A stretch of 63,785 nucleotides of DNA, the filler included, from Octopus bimaculoides (lineage: Eukaryota), in NCBI RefSeq assembly GCF_001194135.2. It is 6 parts of 6 records of this genome, joined end to end, with 100 filler letters (N's around TTAATTAATTAA, not from the genome) between each part and the next. Parts side by side here need not be neighbours in the genome. Positions count along the whole stretch, not along the records: positions 1 to 21,898 come from NC_068996.1; 5 more parts are not named here. One strand, given 5' to 3'. A program made the position numbers and the translations under genes. Each line of letters starts with the position of its first letter. The stretch's first letter is position 1. Shown here in pieces: positions 1 through 11,289 of the stretch. Under the pieces are notes generated by a model. The model was not told the DNA's origin. It did not search any database and worked only from the letters and a program-made list of their open reading frames with translations.

Positions 1-158
<158 letters not shown>

Positions 159-686
159 TTGAGTGAGAGAGAGCAACGCATGCCGGTACAAATATACAAA
201 GCCCATTATATCCATCATGACTACCCGTCTAATAAGGGTACACCAGGCACATGCATCACAACCATATGTGAGTGACATGGTGATCTCATATCAAGATAAA
301 CAGTGCATGCCCTTGCAGGTGGGGCCCAGTTAGAATTTTCTTCAGGTTGAGTAGCCCATCCCGCTCAAAAGATCCTTGAATAAAGGGTTGTTTTAAGGAT
401 GATGAATGTTTCGAAAGGTGAATTATTCTAACTCCAAAGAACCTATCTCGGCACATTGGCTATGTTTGCTTCCCGACTACTTCTGCTCATGATCAGAGAT
501 GCACATATCGTCAGCCAACAAAGAACATGCTCAACTGGTTATGGTCAAGCAACTGACAAGTAAATCTGTGGTACTGAGCAGAATATTTGCTGTAGCCCGT
601 TATCTTTTTACACTAAGACAAAACATGTACATAACAACACTACTAATCAGTTAAAATCAAAAGCCATGAGAATCACTGCTTCATAC
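159..686. mobile_element. Unclassified interspersed-repeat-like segment
   Basis: Higher-GC, non-coding block between a microsatellite and a LINE 3' end; no ORF. Repeat status is inferred only. Confidence 0.3.
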
Positions 687-689
687 TGA

Positions 690-1945
690 ATTATTACTAT
701 TCAGTAGTTTTATTTTTATAGTGTGCTTTCACTTCACTACCGAGCGCAGCTTTATGTGCCTTGGGTATGTGCAGTGGTTTGCTGTGATGCTCTTATGGTT
801 ACTGTATTGAGAGTGTTTTGCGTAGGATGTATGTAGTGCCCAGTAGTGCAATTTTCTGTATGTTATATATATTTGTAAGTCCTGGTGTTTTGTTATGTAT
901 TTGCCTGAATATTGTTTTATTATAACTAAGGCGCCTACTATGATAGGAATTGTTTCTCTTTTTAGACTCCACATTCGAGTTACCTCTATTTCCAGGTCTT
1001 TGTATTTTGGAAGTTTCTCCATTTCTTTTAGAGAAACGTTGAGATTTGTTGTTATTGATACATCAATTAGAAAGCATTTTTTTTCTTCATGATCTCTGAC
1101 AACTATATCTGGCCTATTGGCCTTAATTTCTCTATCTGTGTGTATTGGCATATCCTAGAGTATGGAGGCTTTCTCATTTTCTGTGACCTTTTCTGGCGTG
1201 TGCCTATACCATCTTTTTTCTGTTGTTATTCCATAGTGTTGGCATAGCTTCCAGTGTATATAGGTCCCAGCTCTGTCGTGTCTGTGAATATATTCCTTCT
1301 TAGCCAGGACTGGGCAGCCAGAGATAATATGATTTATTGTTTCTTGTCCATCTCCACATATTCTGCAGTTACTTGTTATGTTTCTTTTCATTATATGTTT
1401 TTNNNNNNNNNNNNNNNNNNNNNNNNNNNNNNNNNNNNNNNNNNNNNNNNNNNNNNNNNNNNNNNNNNNNNNNNGCAATTAAAAATCCTTCAGTCTCTGC
1501 TTTGAGTCCTGAGCTTCTCAACCATTGCTGGGATTTTTCTCTGTCTATTTCTTTTGCATTTAGTTTAGCCCAGTATTTACCATGTAGGGGCTTTTCTTGC
1601 CATCGTTTTATCATGACCCGTTGTTGTTCTAGTTTTAGTTTGGATTTCATTTGTTTTATAGCTTTTGTTTTCTTCTTTTTCTTCATAGTTGTTAGGTAGT
1701 ATGACTTCTTGTTTGTATTTGTCAGCTTCCTTAAAAACTGAAAACAGTTTTTATGTTTTGTTCGTGTTTTGTGGCTATTTGTATTAGTTTTCCTTGCTTC
1801 TGAAGTAGGTATTTTTGCAGTCCTATGGTGGCTATTTTGTAATAGTTTTCTAGTTGTATAAGACCTCTACCATCTTCTATACGTTGTATATATAACCTTT
1901 CTATGTCAGATTTTGGGTGGTGCATCCTAAATCCTGTCATTATGT
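690..1945 (-). mobile_element. R4/Dong-like non-LTR retrotransposon, 5'-truncated, frameshifted (post-RT region, CCHC knuckle, restriction-like endonuclease)
   Basis: Minus-strand pieces HHPKSDIERLYIQRIEDGRGL, CRICGDGQETINHIISGC and IKANRPDIVVRD...FLIDVS...EKLPKYKDL match the RLE-type LINE C-terminus. Confidence 0.9.
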
Positions 1946-3027
1946 TTGATTATTCTGGCCGTGCCAAGAAGGCAAACCTTTTGTAACGATTCTACTGGGC
2001 ATTCTATTCCAGATTCTTTTATATTCCTCTTGATGCCTTCTGATACTGTTCCCAAGGATCCAACAATAAATGGCACTATCTTCACCTTCTTCATTTTTCA
2101 TAGCCAGGCTATTTCGTACTTAAGAGGGTTGTATCTATCTATCTCTTTCCCTTCCTTCTTGACTATTCGTGGTTCAAAGGGGAATGCAACGTTAACTATA
2201 CAGCATATGTGGTGCATCTTGTCCACCACCACTAGGTGAAGTCTGTCATACTCTAGCACCCAGAGGATTTTGCTAGTCTCTGACTCTGCTACTCTCTGCG
2301 GTTTGTGCTCATACCACGTCTTACCTCTCTCTCTATCTCCCACTTTTTGCACAGTTTCCAATGAAGCACTTTCGCTACCTGGTCGTGTCACTATAACTCA
2401 TAATAGTTTTTAGAAAGTCTACGGCATGCGACACAGCAGAGAGACTTTCTCATTCTTCAGGCTAACCCTTCAGATCGTGGCCAGAGCTTGTTCCTGCGCT
2501 GCAAGTATAGTGCTCTCGGTCTCTTTATTTAGGGTTCCTTCCATCAGCCAATCCTACCTATTTTTTCTAGGAACTTCTGTTGTGGTTACATGGAATTGTT
2601 TGTGAAGTCCCTTCTTGCGTAATTCTTTTTCATGTCTTTTTGTACTTCTTCCCTTGTTTTCCCTTTTTCTCTGCTCTCAATACTCCCTCGTTCCTAACAG
2701 TCACTAACAACGTTTCCTTACTTTGGGTTAGGTATCTCATTAAGCTCTCGAGTTCCATACACATGCAGTCTTCTACACTTATCAGTCCCCTTCATCCATT
2801 TGCTCTCTTCATGTAGTGTCTGCATGTGGATGATAGGCTTCATGCATTGTTAGGAGCTTCTTTGACTTCCTGTCCATCTTCTTTTGCTCCTTTTCTGTCC
2901 ACTTCGGAATTTCAGCGCCATACCGAACTACTGCGACTGCGCGTGAGTTTATTGCCGAAATTATGTCTCTGGCATTCAGCTTTGAAGCCAATATTTTTCT
3001 CGCTCACGGCAGGTACTCTCTCTTTTT
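1946..3027 (-). mobile_element. Second, divergent R4/Dong-like retrotransposon remnant
   Basis: SKLNARDIISAINSRAVAVVRYGA...YHPHAD, then MKRANGWRGLISVEDC and FEPRIVKKEGKEIDRYNPLKYEIA; multiple stops and frameshifts. Confidence 0.8.
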
Positions 3028-3062
<35 letters not shown>

Positions 3063-3084
3063 AGGTGTTGTTGTTGTAGTTGTT
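3028..3084. repeat. (TTG)n microsatellite
   Basis: Direct reading. Confidence 0.97.
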
Positions 3085-3090
3085 AAGGAA

Positions 3091-3232
3091 GAGTGCTGGC
3101 AGAATCGTTAGAACGCCGGGCGAAATGCTCAGCAGTATTTCGTCTGTCTTCAGGTTCTGAGTTCAAATTCCGCCGAAATCGACTAGCCCCCTCCCCCTAA
3201 ATTTCAGACCTTGTACCTTTAGTAGAAAGGAT
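3091..3232 (+). mobile_element. SINE family A copy (internally deleted), followed by (TTC)n(TTA)n
   Basis: Head gctggcagaatcgttagaacgccggg, B-box-like gagttcaaattc, tail cttgtacctttagtagaaagg; shared with the other family A copies in the window. Confidence 0.85.
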
Positions 3233-3242
3233 TCTTCTTCTT

Positions 3243-3337
<95 letters not shown>

Positions 3338-3539
3338 GTGTCAAAAATTCGCAGCTTATTTTGCTGGGTATGGATGGAAAGTGTCAGCTGTCCACAGCCA
3401 GAAGACTAAGGGGACATTTGTCTTACTGGTCATGCTTCAAGAACCTTGCCAAGAATTCTTGCAGTTCTGAGATTAGAGTTATGTATTTGTGCATCATTTT
3501 TAATAGTTTAAAAATATAACAATATGCATTCTACTATGG

Positions 3540-3746
3540 GGCCCAAACCTGAAATTTTGTGAGGAAGACGGGAGGGGGAGGGGGCTAATCGAATATATCG
3601 ATTCCAATGCTCCACTGGCATTTATTTTATCGATTCCAAAGAATGAAGTGCAAAGTTGACCATGGTGACATTTGAACTCAGGGTGCAAAAGCTAGAAGAA
3701 ATGCCACTATGGTTTTTGCCTGGTGTGGTACCGATTCCGCCAGTCA
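3540..3746 (-). mobile_element. SINE family A copy, degenerate
   Basis: Reverse-strand similarity to the 4760-4970 copy (atttgaactcag, accgattccgccag). Confidence 0.7.
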
Positions 3747-4134
3747 ATTAGTATTGCAGTCGTATATTTAAAAGATTGATGCGAATTTCTAATACCTGTA
3801 TAGGTGCAATTTCCAGCTCCTGAGGTGTGAACATTATCTTTTCGGTCTGTTGAATGTTATTTGTATTCTGAATAGGTTTTATTTTCTTGAAGGATATATT
3901 TCATTGGTTTTTAGAGTTTTATTTATTCGGTGCGAAGTGTATTTGACAGGTCTAGCTCGCGTTGCGGAACTCAGGTTACAGAATTCTGTGCTCGAGGAAA
4001 TTACAAAACAAGATCATTAATTTCTGAAGACGGCTCCTAATTCGACTTACACGCCGTTTTAGTCGTTGAAATTTCTCAAATCTCCTCGTGTAGATTTGAG
4101 ATATTATAAGAAGTAAAATGACAATACCTATAAT

Positions 4135-4354
4135 TGATATTGGCTTCAAATTTGCTACAAGGCCAGCGTTTTCAGGGAAGTGGGTAAGTCGATTGCATCG
4201 AACCCAATGCTCAACTGGTACTTATTTCATCGATCCTGAAAGGGATGAAAGATAAATTCGATCTCGGCAGCATTTAAACACAGAGCATGAAGCCGCCGGA
4301 CAAAATGCTGCTAAGCATTTTGTCTGGTATGCTAACGATTCTGCCAGCTCACCG
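4135..4354 (-). mobile_element. SINE family A copy
   Basis: Ends gctaacgattctgccagctcaccg, the reverse complement of the family head. Confidence 0.85.
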
Positions 4355-4727
4355 ATACACTGAGATGGTTGACAACTTGTATAATACGTTTATTCCAATT
4401 CTCCGTTTTAACGTCTAGTTGTCAGCATAATACCTAATGGATGTATCCACCGACTCGATCACATCCTCCTTTTGCAAGAGTTGAGCACCCATAATCGAAG
4501 TGGGGTTTTTCTATTTCAATTGTAATGTTTGCATAATTTGCGCGTGATGTTAGAGTCCTCTTTTATTATTTTGTTTTTATCCTTTGTTTTGTTTGCTTGT
4601 TTGTTAACAAGTGCATAACAAGTAAATATCAGTAGACAAAGGCTAATGTGTCAAATATTTAAGGTTTTAGTTTGCCTTTTATTTTCATATATTTTTAATA
4701 TGTTAATATCTCAGGTCTTATGAAGAT

Positions 4728-5400
4728 AGCAGCTTGGCAGAATCGTTAGCACCCCAAGACGGTGAGCTGGCAGAAACGTTAGCACGTTAGGCGAAATATT
4801 TAGTGGTATTTCGTCTGTCTTTATGCTCTGAGTTCAAATTCTGCCGAGGTCGACTTTGCCATTCAACCTTTCGGGGTCGATTAATTAAGTGCCAGTTGCA
4901 TTCTGTGGTCGATCTAATCGACTGGACCCTTTCCAAAAATTTCGGACCTTGTGCCTAGAGTAGAAAAGAATCGTTAGCATCCCAGATAAAATACTGAGTG
5001 GCATTTCCTCCGTCTTTACGTTGAGTTCAAATTCCACCGACATCGACTTTCCCTTTCAACCCTTTCGGGATCGATAAAATAAGTGGCAATTGAGCACTGG
5101 CGATCGATGTAATCGACTTACTCACTCCCTTGAAGTTGCTGGCCTTGTGTCAAAATATGAAACCAATATCTGAGGCCTTATGGAAGACGGTGAGCTGGTG
5201 GAATCGTTAGCACGCCGGGCAAAATACTTAGCGGTATTTCGTCGTCTTTAGCTCTGACTTCAAATTCCACAAAGGTCAGCTTTATCTTTCATCCTCTCAG
5301 GGATGGATAAAACGAGTACCAGTTGAGTATTGGGATCGATGTACCAATGTAGCCCCTTTCCCCGTAATTGATGGCTTTATGTCATAATTTTTAACCAATA
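4728..5400 (+). mobile_element. Head-to-tail cluster of SINE family A copies (about 4728, 4760, 4970, 5187)
   Basis: Repeated ggtgagctgg..gaatcgttagc heads and gagttcaaattc boxes. Confidence 0.88.
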
Positions 5401-6353
5401 TGTGAGGTCTTAGACTATATGTAATATGCTATATGCCATATACGATGTCCAGGTAAACAGTTAACCTTGTTAATCTGAGAGTATAAACAATGAAACGTAA
5501 TGGGTGAGTAAGTTATGACTTTTTTCAGAAGAACCATGATGCCGGGAATAGAATCTCTAAGTCTTGTAACATCAGCAGATAATTAGATATAAATCAGTTT
5601 TAAGTAAGAAATCAATCAAGGCACTTCAACTGAATTAGCCACGAAATAAACAGCCAACTCCAATGTAAATCAACAAAACATTGAACAGTGAAATTTGCCA
5701 GGACACTGAAATTGTATTTGTACATTGTTAATTTGAGATTTGTGTTCGTGATTGATTTGCATTAGTAATTTATATTAGTAACACTGGATCAATGCTGTTT
5801 TTTACGGTGATATAATTAATCAAGGTGTTACAGTCATCTTTATACTTTCTTCTGATATCTTTAGACATTATTCCAGTAAAATTAAGATCCCACTCTTTCA
5901 ACATTTGGAACATTATGATACGGCAGATTATTTTATGATTCTCAAAAGAATGGCAGATTGATTGACAGCAGGTAATATCACTTCAATATAAATCTTGTGA
6001 ATTGATATTGTACTCTGACAAATGCGTACATATGAGGAATTAAAGACAAAATACTGAAAGTGATTGTTTGAATTCTGAATAATTGGCCTTTCATATTTTG
6101 TACTTACAAAGTTATATGACGCGACATATATACACATCCCTGTATATAAATATATGCACAGCCTTTTTACATGTGCATATGCATGCAACTGTCTACATGC
6201 TGCATTTTGCTATCAATAGTCAATTATTTATGAGCTTCTAAACTGCTCAATATTCATGAGCTTCTAAACTAGTTCTGCTGTTGCTGCTAACTCAAACACC
6301 GGGCCGACTAAAATGGCAGGATCTATGTAAATACACATTTCATTGAGTGTATT

Positions 6354-6389
6354 CTTCTGAAGAAAGGCCTTTGCTCTCGAAATATAAAG
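6354..6389 (+). ncRNA. Possible degenerate minimal hammerhead ribozyme
   Basis: CTT-CTGAAGA-aaggcctttgctctc-GAAA-T-ATA-AAG: core boxes present, but stem II is imperfect and stem I is only 3 bp. Confidence 0.3.
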
Positions 6390-7559
6390 CTTTTTGTTTC
6401 TTTAAACTTTCTACATTGTTATAAACTTTTCTTATTTCTCCTTTCATTCATATTTTTCTATTTTTCTACTGCAATGCTTCAAGCGAACTACAATGTTCTT
6501 CGCTCAATATTTTGATTTGTTAACCATCCACACTATTTTATATAAGGACAGCGAGGGAGCCTCTACGTACTTTATTGACTTGATAGAAACAGTAAAATAC
6601 TTTACAACAGTGTACATACACTCTGCCTGACAAAACAGCGGGAAAGCCGTGCCTGGAATCACAAATACACATATTAAAATAAATATCAATATACTCAAAG
6701 TAATTTATGAACTCATGCTTTTATTAATGCTTGTCCTTCGTGATGTCTGTTCCATGTATATTCTTACACGAACTCACGATTGTTAGACGCGTGTATATGT
6801 TGAGTGTATGTGTAATATAATGTATACACAGATACAAACATTTCTATGTATATGTATACATAATTAAGCATATACATTATATATATATATTAAATATTAT
6901 ATTTATACATGTATGAATATATGTCTGTATGTCTATCTGTATATCTGTCTGCATGCTTGTATGTATATGTATGCATACATGTATGCATATATGTATGCAT
7001 GTACGTATGTATGCATATGTATGTATGGATGTAGTATTCACTGTTTCAGTCATTGAACAACAGCCTTACTGAGGCGTCACCTTCAAAGGTTCTGGTCGAT
7101 TAAATCGACCACAGCACCGCGGTATATTTGTGCAAGACTTCGTTGATCGACCGGGATATAAGTGGGGGCGTAACCAGATGGAGTAGGGACGTAATCGAAT
7201 ATAACAAAGAATAATTATATTAAGAGTTATGTTTATTAATTTTATCTTGCTAATCATTTTACGTTTTAGATATTATCCGTTATTCGTCTCTTTGTCGCAA
7301 TGTTGGATCAAACAGATGGCTCTCGGAAACCTGTTGAAATGGGTTCGTTAGCATTGTTAGTTGTTACAACAAATACAAAAGTATTTCCAAACACGACATA
7401 TATATGTTTATTTACACACGCACACTATATATATGTATGTGTATGTTGTGTCTGCAAATATGTTTTTGATGTAAGAACTAATAGTACTAACGAACCCCAT
7501 GCCAACATATATATATATATATATATATACATGTAAATATATGTGAGCGTATACATGTG

Positions 7560-7805
7560 TGTGCGCGTGTGTGTATGTGCGTGTGTGTATGTATGTGTGT
7601 GCGTTTGTGACTGCCATCACCGCTTGACTACTGGTCTTGGTGTGTTTACGTCCCCGTAACTTAGCGGTTCCCTAAAAGAAAACCGATAGAATATGTACTA
7701 GGCTTAAAACATAAGTCCCGAGGTCGATTTGTTCGACTAAAATCCTTCAAGATAGTGCTCCTGCATGGCCGCAATCAAATCACTGAAACAAGTAGAACAA
7801 AAGAA
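7560..7805 (+). mobile_element. SINE family B, 3' half after internal microsatellite
   Basis: gcttgactactgg...gtccccgtaacttagcggtt...gcatggccgcaatcaaatcactgaaacaagt; same as 50230-50455. Confidence 0.85.
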
Positions 7806-7922
7806 TATATATATATATATATATATATATATGGGAGAATATACAAAAAATAACAACAGACGAGGACAGGTGGTGTAAATAACAAAAGTATATATTAGTA
7901 TGACGCTCGGGAATACGGAAAG

Positions 7923-7959
7923 TCTTTGACGTTTCGAGCTACGCTCTTCAACAGAAAGA
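7923..7959 (-). ncRNA. Minimal type I hammerhead-like fold in a ~200-bp element flanked by (TA)n
   Basis: Reverse strand TCTTT-CTGTTGA-AGAGC-GTA-GCTC-GAAAC-GTC-AAAGA: stem I 5 bp, stem II GAGC/GCTC, GUC triplet. The core differs from CUGANGA at one position. Confidence 0.55.
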
Positions 7960-9117
7960 ATACGGAGACAAGGAGAAAAACACGGAGAAAAAAAATTGAA
8001 TAGTGTTCAGTCAACGGTCAATCATAATAATATATATATATATATNNNNNNNNNNNNNNNNNNNNNNNNNNNNNNNNNNNNNNNNNNNNNNNNNNNNNNN
8101 NNNNNNNNNNNNNNNNNNNNNNNNNNNNNNNNNNNNNNNNNNNNNNNNNNNNNNNNNNNNNNNNNNNNNNNNNNNNNNNNNNNNNNNNNNNNNNNNNNNN
8201 NNNNNNNNNNNNNNNNNNNNNNNNNNNNNNNNNNNNNNNNNNNNNNNNNNNNNNNNNNNNNNNNNNNNNNNNNNNNNNNNNNNNNNNNNNNNNNNNNNNN
8301 NNNNNNNNNNNNNNNNNNNNNNNNNNNNNNNNNNNNNNNNNNNNNNNNNNNNNNNNNNNNNNNNNNNNNNNNNNNNNNNNNNNNNNNNNNNNNNNNNNNN
8401 NNNNNNNNNNNNNNNNNNNNNNNNNNNNNNNNNNNNNNNNNNNNNNNNNNNNNNNNNNNNNNNNNNNNNNNNNNNNNNNNNNNNNNNNNNNNNNNNNNNN
8501 NNNNNNNNNNNNNNNNNNNNNNNNNNNNNNNNNNNNNNNNNNNNNNNNNNNNNNNNNNNNNNNNNNNATATATATATATATATATATATATACATACATA
8601 TATACGACGGGCTTCTTTCAGTTTCCGTCTACAACAGCCCTCTTGGACATAGTTTCCTTCCTCACAAGCGATGCATTTACGCCTCGCGCTGAGCCTAACA
8701 TACAAATCTTTTTAGAAAAAAATTCAGATGTGCATTGTTGTATCCACTTCATAGCCACTTTTACCTCACCTATGTCATCAAGTTATTATTCTTGTAAACT
8801 GTTCTTCATTGGACCAAGCAGGTGAGAGTCGGAAGGTGACAAATTCGTCCTGAATGGTCCTGAATGGAAGACTGTAGTGCAGCGCAATTTTACTGGTTAC
8901 TTGATTCGTTGTCAAAGATACATATGCGTTATATGGATGTCACACAGCCTAAGCTCCTCCTTCGTCAAAAACTCGTTAACGACATGTTTCTATCATCAGG
9001 AATCTATTATTTACCGACTGCGAAAAGCAAAAAATAAATGTGTTACTATGGTGGAAGACTTATTCTACCACCTGTGCAATTTGAATGACCTATTTTGTAT
9101 GCATAAGCATGTTGGTA

Positions 9118-9154
<37 letters not shown>

Positions 9155-9646
9155 GTGCGTGTATTTGTATGCGTGTGTGTGTGTGCATGCGTGCGTGTCT
9201 GTGTTTATGTACAACGCTTTCGTATTTGGTTTGCAAAATTGTCGATGTCAATTCGTGGGTTGAAACAAATCTAGTGTTCAGGAGGGGTCATTACGTCAAT
9301 ACTAATAAACACATGCAGTGGTTCAATATTGTTTCTTTATTGTTAGTCAGTTGGTTAAATATCTAACCAACCGACTAATCCATCGTTTCTTTAATGTGCT
9401 GGCTATAGAATGAATCGATTGTCTTTTAGTCATAACCCTTTCATTGCTATTCGCGATCTCTTCAGTGACATACTTTGTCACTTCAGGTCCGCCCTGAGTC
9501 TGTTTAACCAGCACATAAATAAACGATCGATAAGTTTGTTAGCTAGATATTCAATCAATTTACTAACAATAAAGATGTGATATTGAACCAGTGCATGTGT
9601 TGTTATTATTATTAATATTGGCGTACGTTCTCTCCAAAGACAGTAC

Positions 9647-9689
<43 letters not shown>

Positions 9690-9934
9690 GCAGAAACATG
9701 TGTAAGTGCAGAAATGAAAAGAATTAACTAACTGCTGAATAAAACTGAATATAAATCTCTGTTCTCTTTTATTATAAATTCACTCTATATACATATGTGT
9801 GTGCGCGAATGTATGTGTATGTGCGCGCGTGTGTGTGTACTGCATTTTTTCGTGATTAAGACGCGTTCTCGCCTCTCGCATAAAATGCACCTCTATTTTA
9901 CTAGTATATCTTGTGAGGAAAAATCAAATTCAAT

Positions 9935-10195
9935 AGAGTAAAATTTATTTGCCAACGTAAATTGGCAGTCCTGGTTAGGACGATGTTACTATCATTTTTA
10001 GCCCTAGGAAAACATCTTTTCCAGTTGGCTACGAACGCACAACTGCGTCCGTATTCCTCGAACAAGGAAGCTAATATTTCCACGCAGTTGTGCGTCGGTA
10101 GCCGGCTGGAAAAGATGTTTTTCTGGGGCTAAAAAGGGCAGTAACATCGTCCTAACTAGGACTGACAATTTACGTTGGCAAATAGATTTTAATCT
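9935..10195. repeat. Foldback/MITE-like inverted repeat, ~114-bp arms, 33-nt spacer
   Basis: 9935-10048 is the imperfect reverse complement of 10082-10195. Confidence 0.92.
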
Positions 10196-10815
10196 GTAGT
10201 ACTGTTGCTACTTACTTCTGGCTCAGAGATTTAAAACAAATTCAATAATTTTCATCAAACACTTATTGAAAAATATTTTAATGTTTTGTAGGTAAATATA
10301 TGATTCTACGCAGGACATGCTGTGCATGTAAAATCAGAAACTTATTGTATATAAATTGCATTATACGAGTGGAGTATTTCAGTATTATCTTCTTTCAGAT
10401 CAAGTATATAGATGTTCATATTTTGGTCTAAAGAATGCCATATTGGCTGTAAAACTCGTGCTTGTCTATGATGCTTTTTGTTACCGCAATCAGCAACCAG
10501 AACAATGCTCCACCGATATGGTTTTACTATCATCAATTTATTGCAAATGACCCATAGACGAATTAAGGTTTGCCATTCATCTTTCTTGGAGAATTTTCAT
10601 CTACTTAATTTTAACAAAAAGTATGGTAGGCGAGGACCTATAATGAGGATAATGTTTTGCACGAGCAGATGTATAAAGAAAATTGAAATGGCAATTTAAG
10701 AAAATTTCTATGAAGATTTGTATACAAATACTTCCTCAAAGTAACAGAATTTATATGAGGCCAGTGCTACAAACATGAAATGCTTGTCACTTATATAATA
10801 ACACAAAGGGACAAG

Positions 10816-10816
<1 letters not shown>

Positions 10817-10896
<80 letters not shown>

Positions 10897-10921
10897 CGCG
10901 CGCGCGTGCGTGTGTGTGTTA

Positions 10922-10952
<31 letters not shown>

Positions 10953-10980
10953 CTGCGTGTCTGTGTGTGTGTGTGTGTGT
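10817..10980. repeat. (TG)n microsatellite
   Basis: Direct reading. Confidence 0.98.
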
Positions 10981-10999
10981 CTGTCTGTGTCTGTGTCTG

Positions 11000-11210
11000 T
11001 GGAGGCGCATGGCTTTGTAGGTAGGATGTTGCACACATGATGATTTCCTGGACCGGGCAAGCGTTGTTCTTGAGCAAGACACTTCATTTCACATTGTTCC
11101 CGTCCATTCAGCTAGGAAAAATAAGTAATCCTTTGATGGACTAGTGTCGCGTCCAAGGAGAAATATATACGATAGAGACACTTGAAAAAAGGACCTATGC
11201 TCCTTACAGA
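11000..11210 (+). mobile_element. SINE family C copy, degenerate
   Basis: gcatggctttgtagg...gttcttgagcaagacacttcatttcacattg, shared with the 25645 and 47750 copies. Confidence 0.65.
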
Positions 11211-11235
11211 GTAATGTGGATTAATTATATGTGTA

Positions 11236-11289
<54 letters not shown>

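Noticed and set aside
4024-4056. CTGAAGA followed by a CGGC/GCCG stem (hammerhead-like)
   Set aside because: The stem is followed by TTTT, not GAAA; no stem I.
5860-5975. AG...GT bounded segment as an upstream eag exon
   Set aside because: Stops in all three frames and no EAG-like residues.
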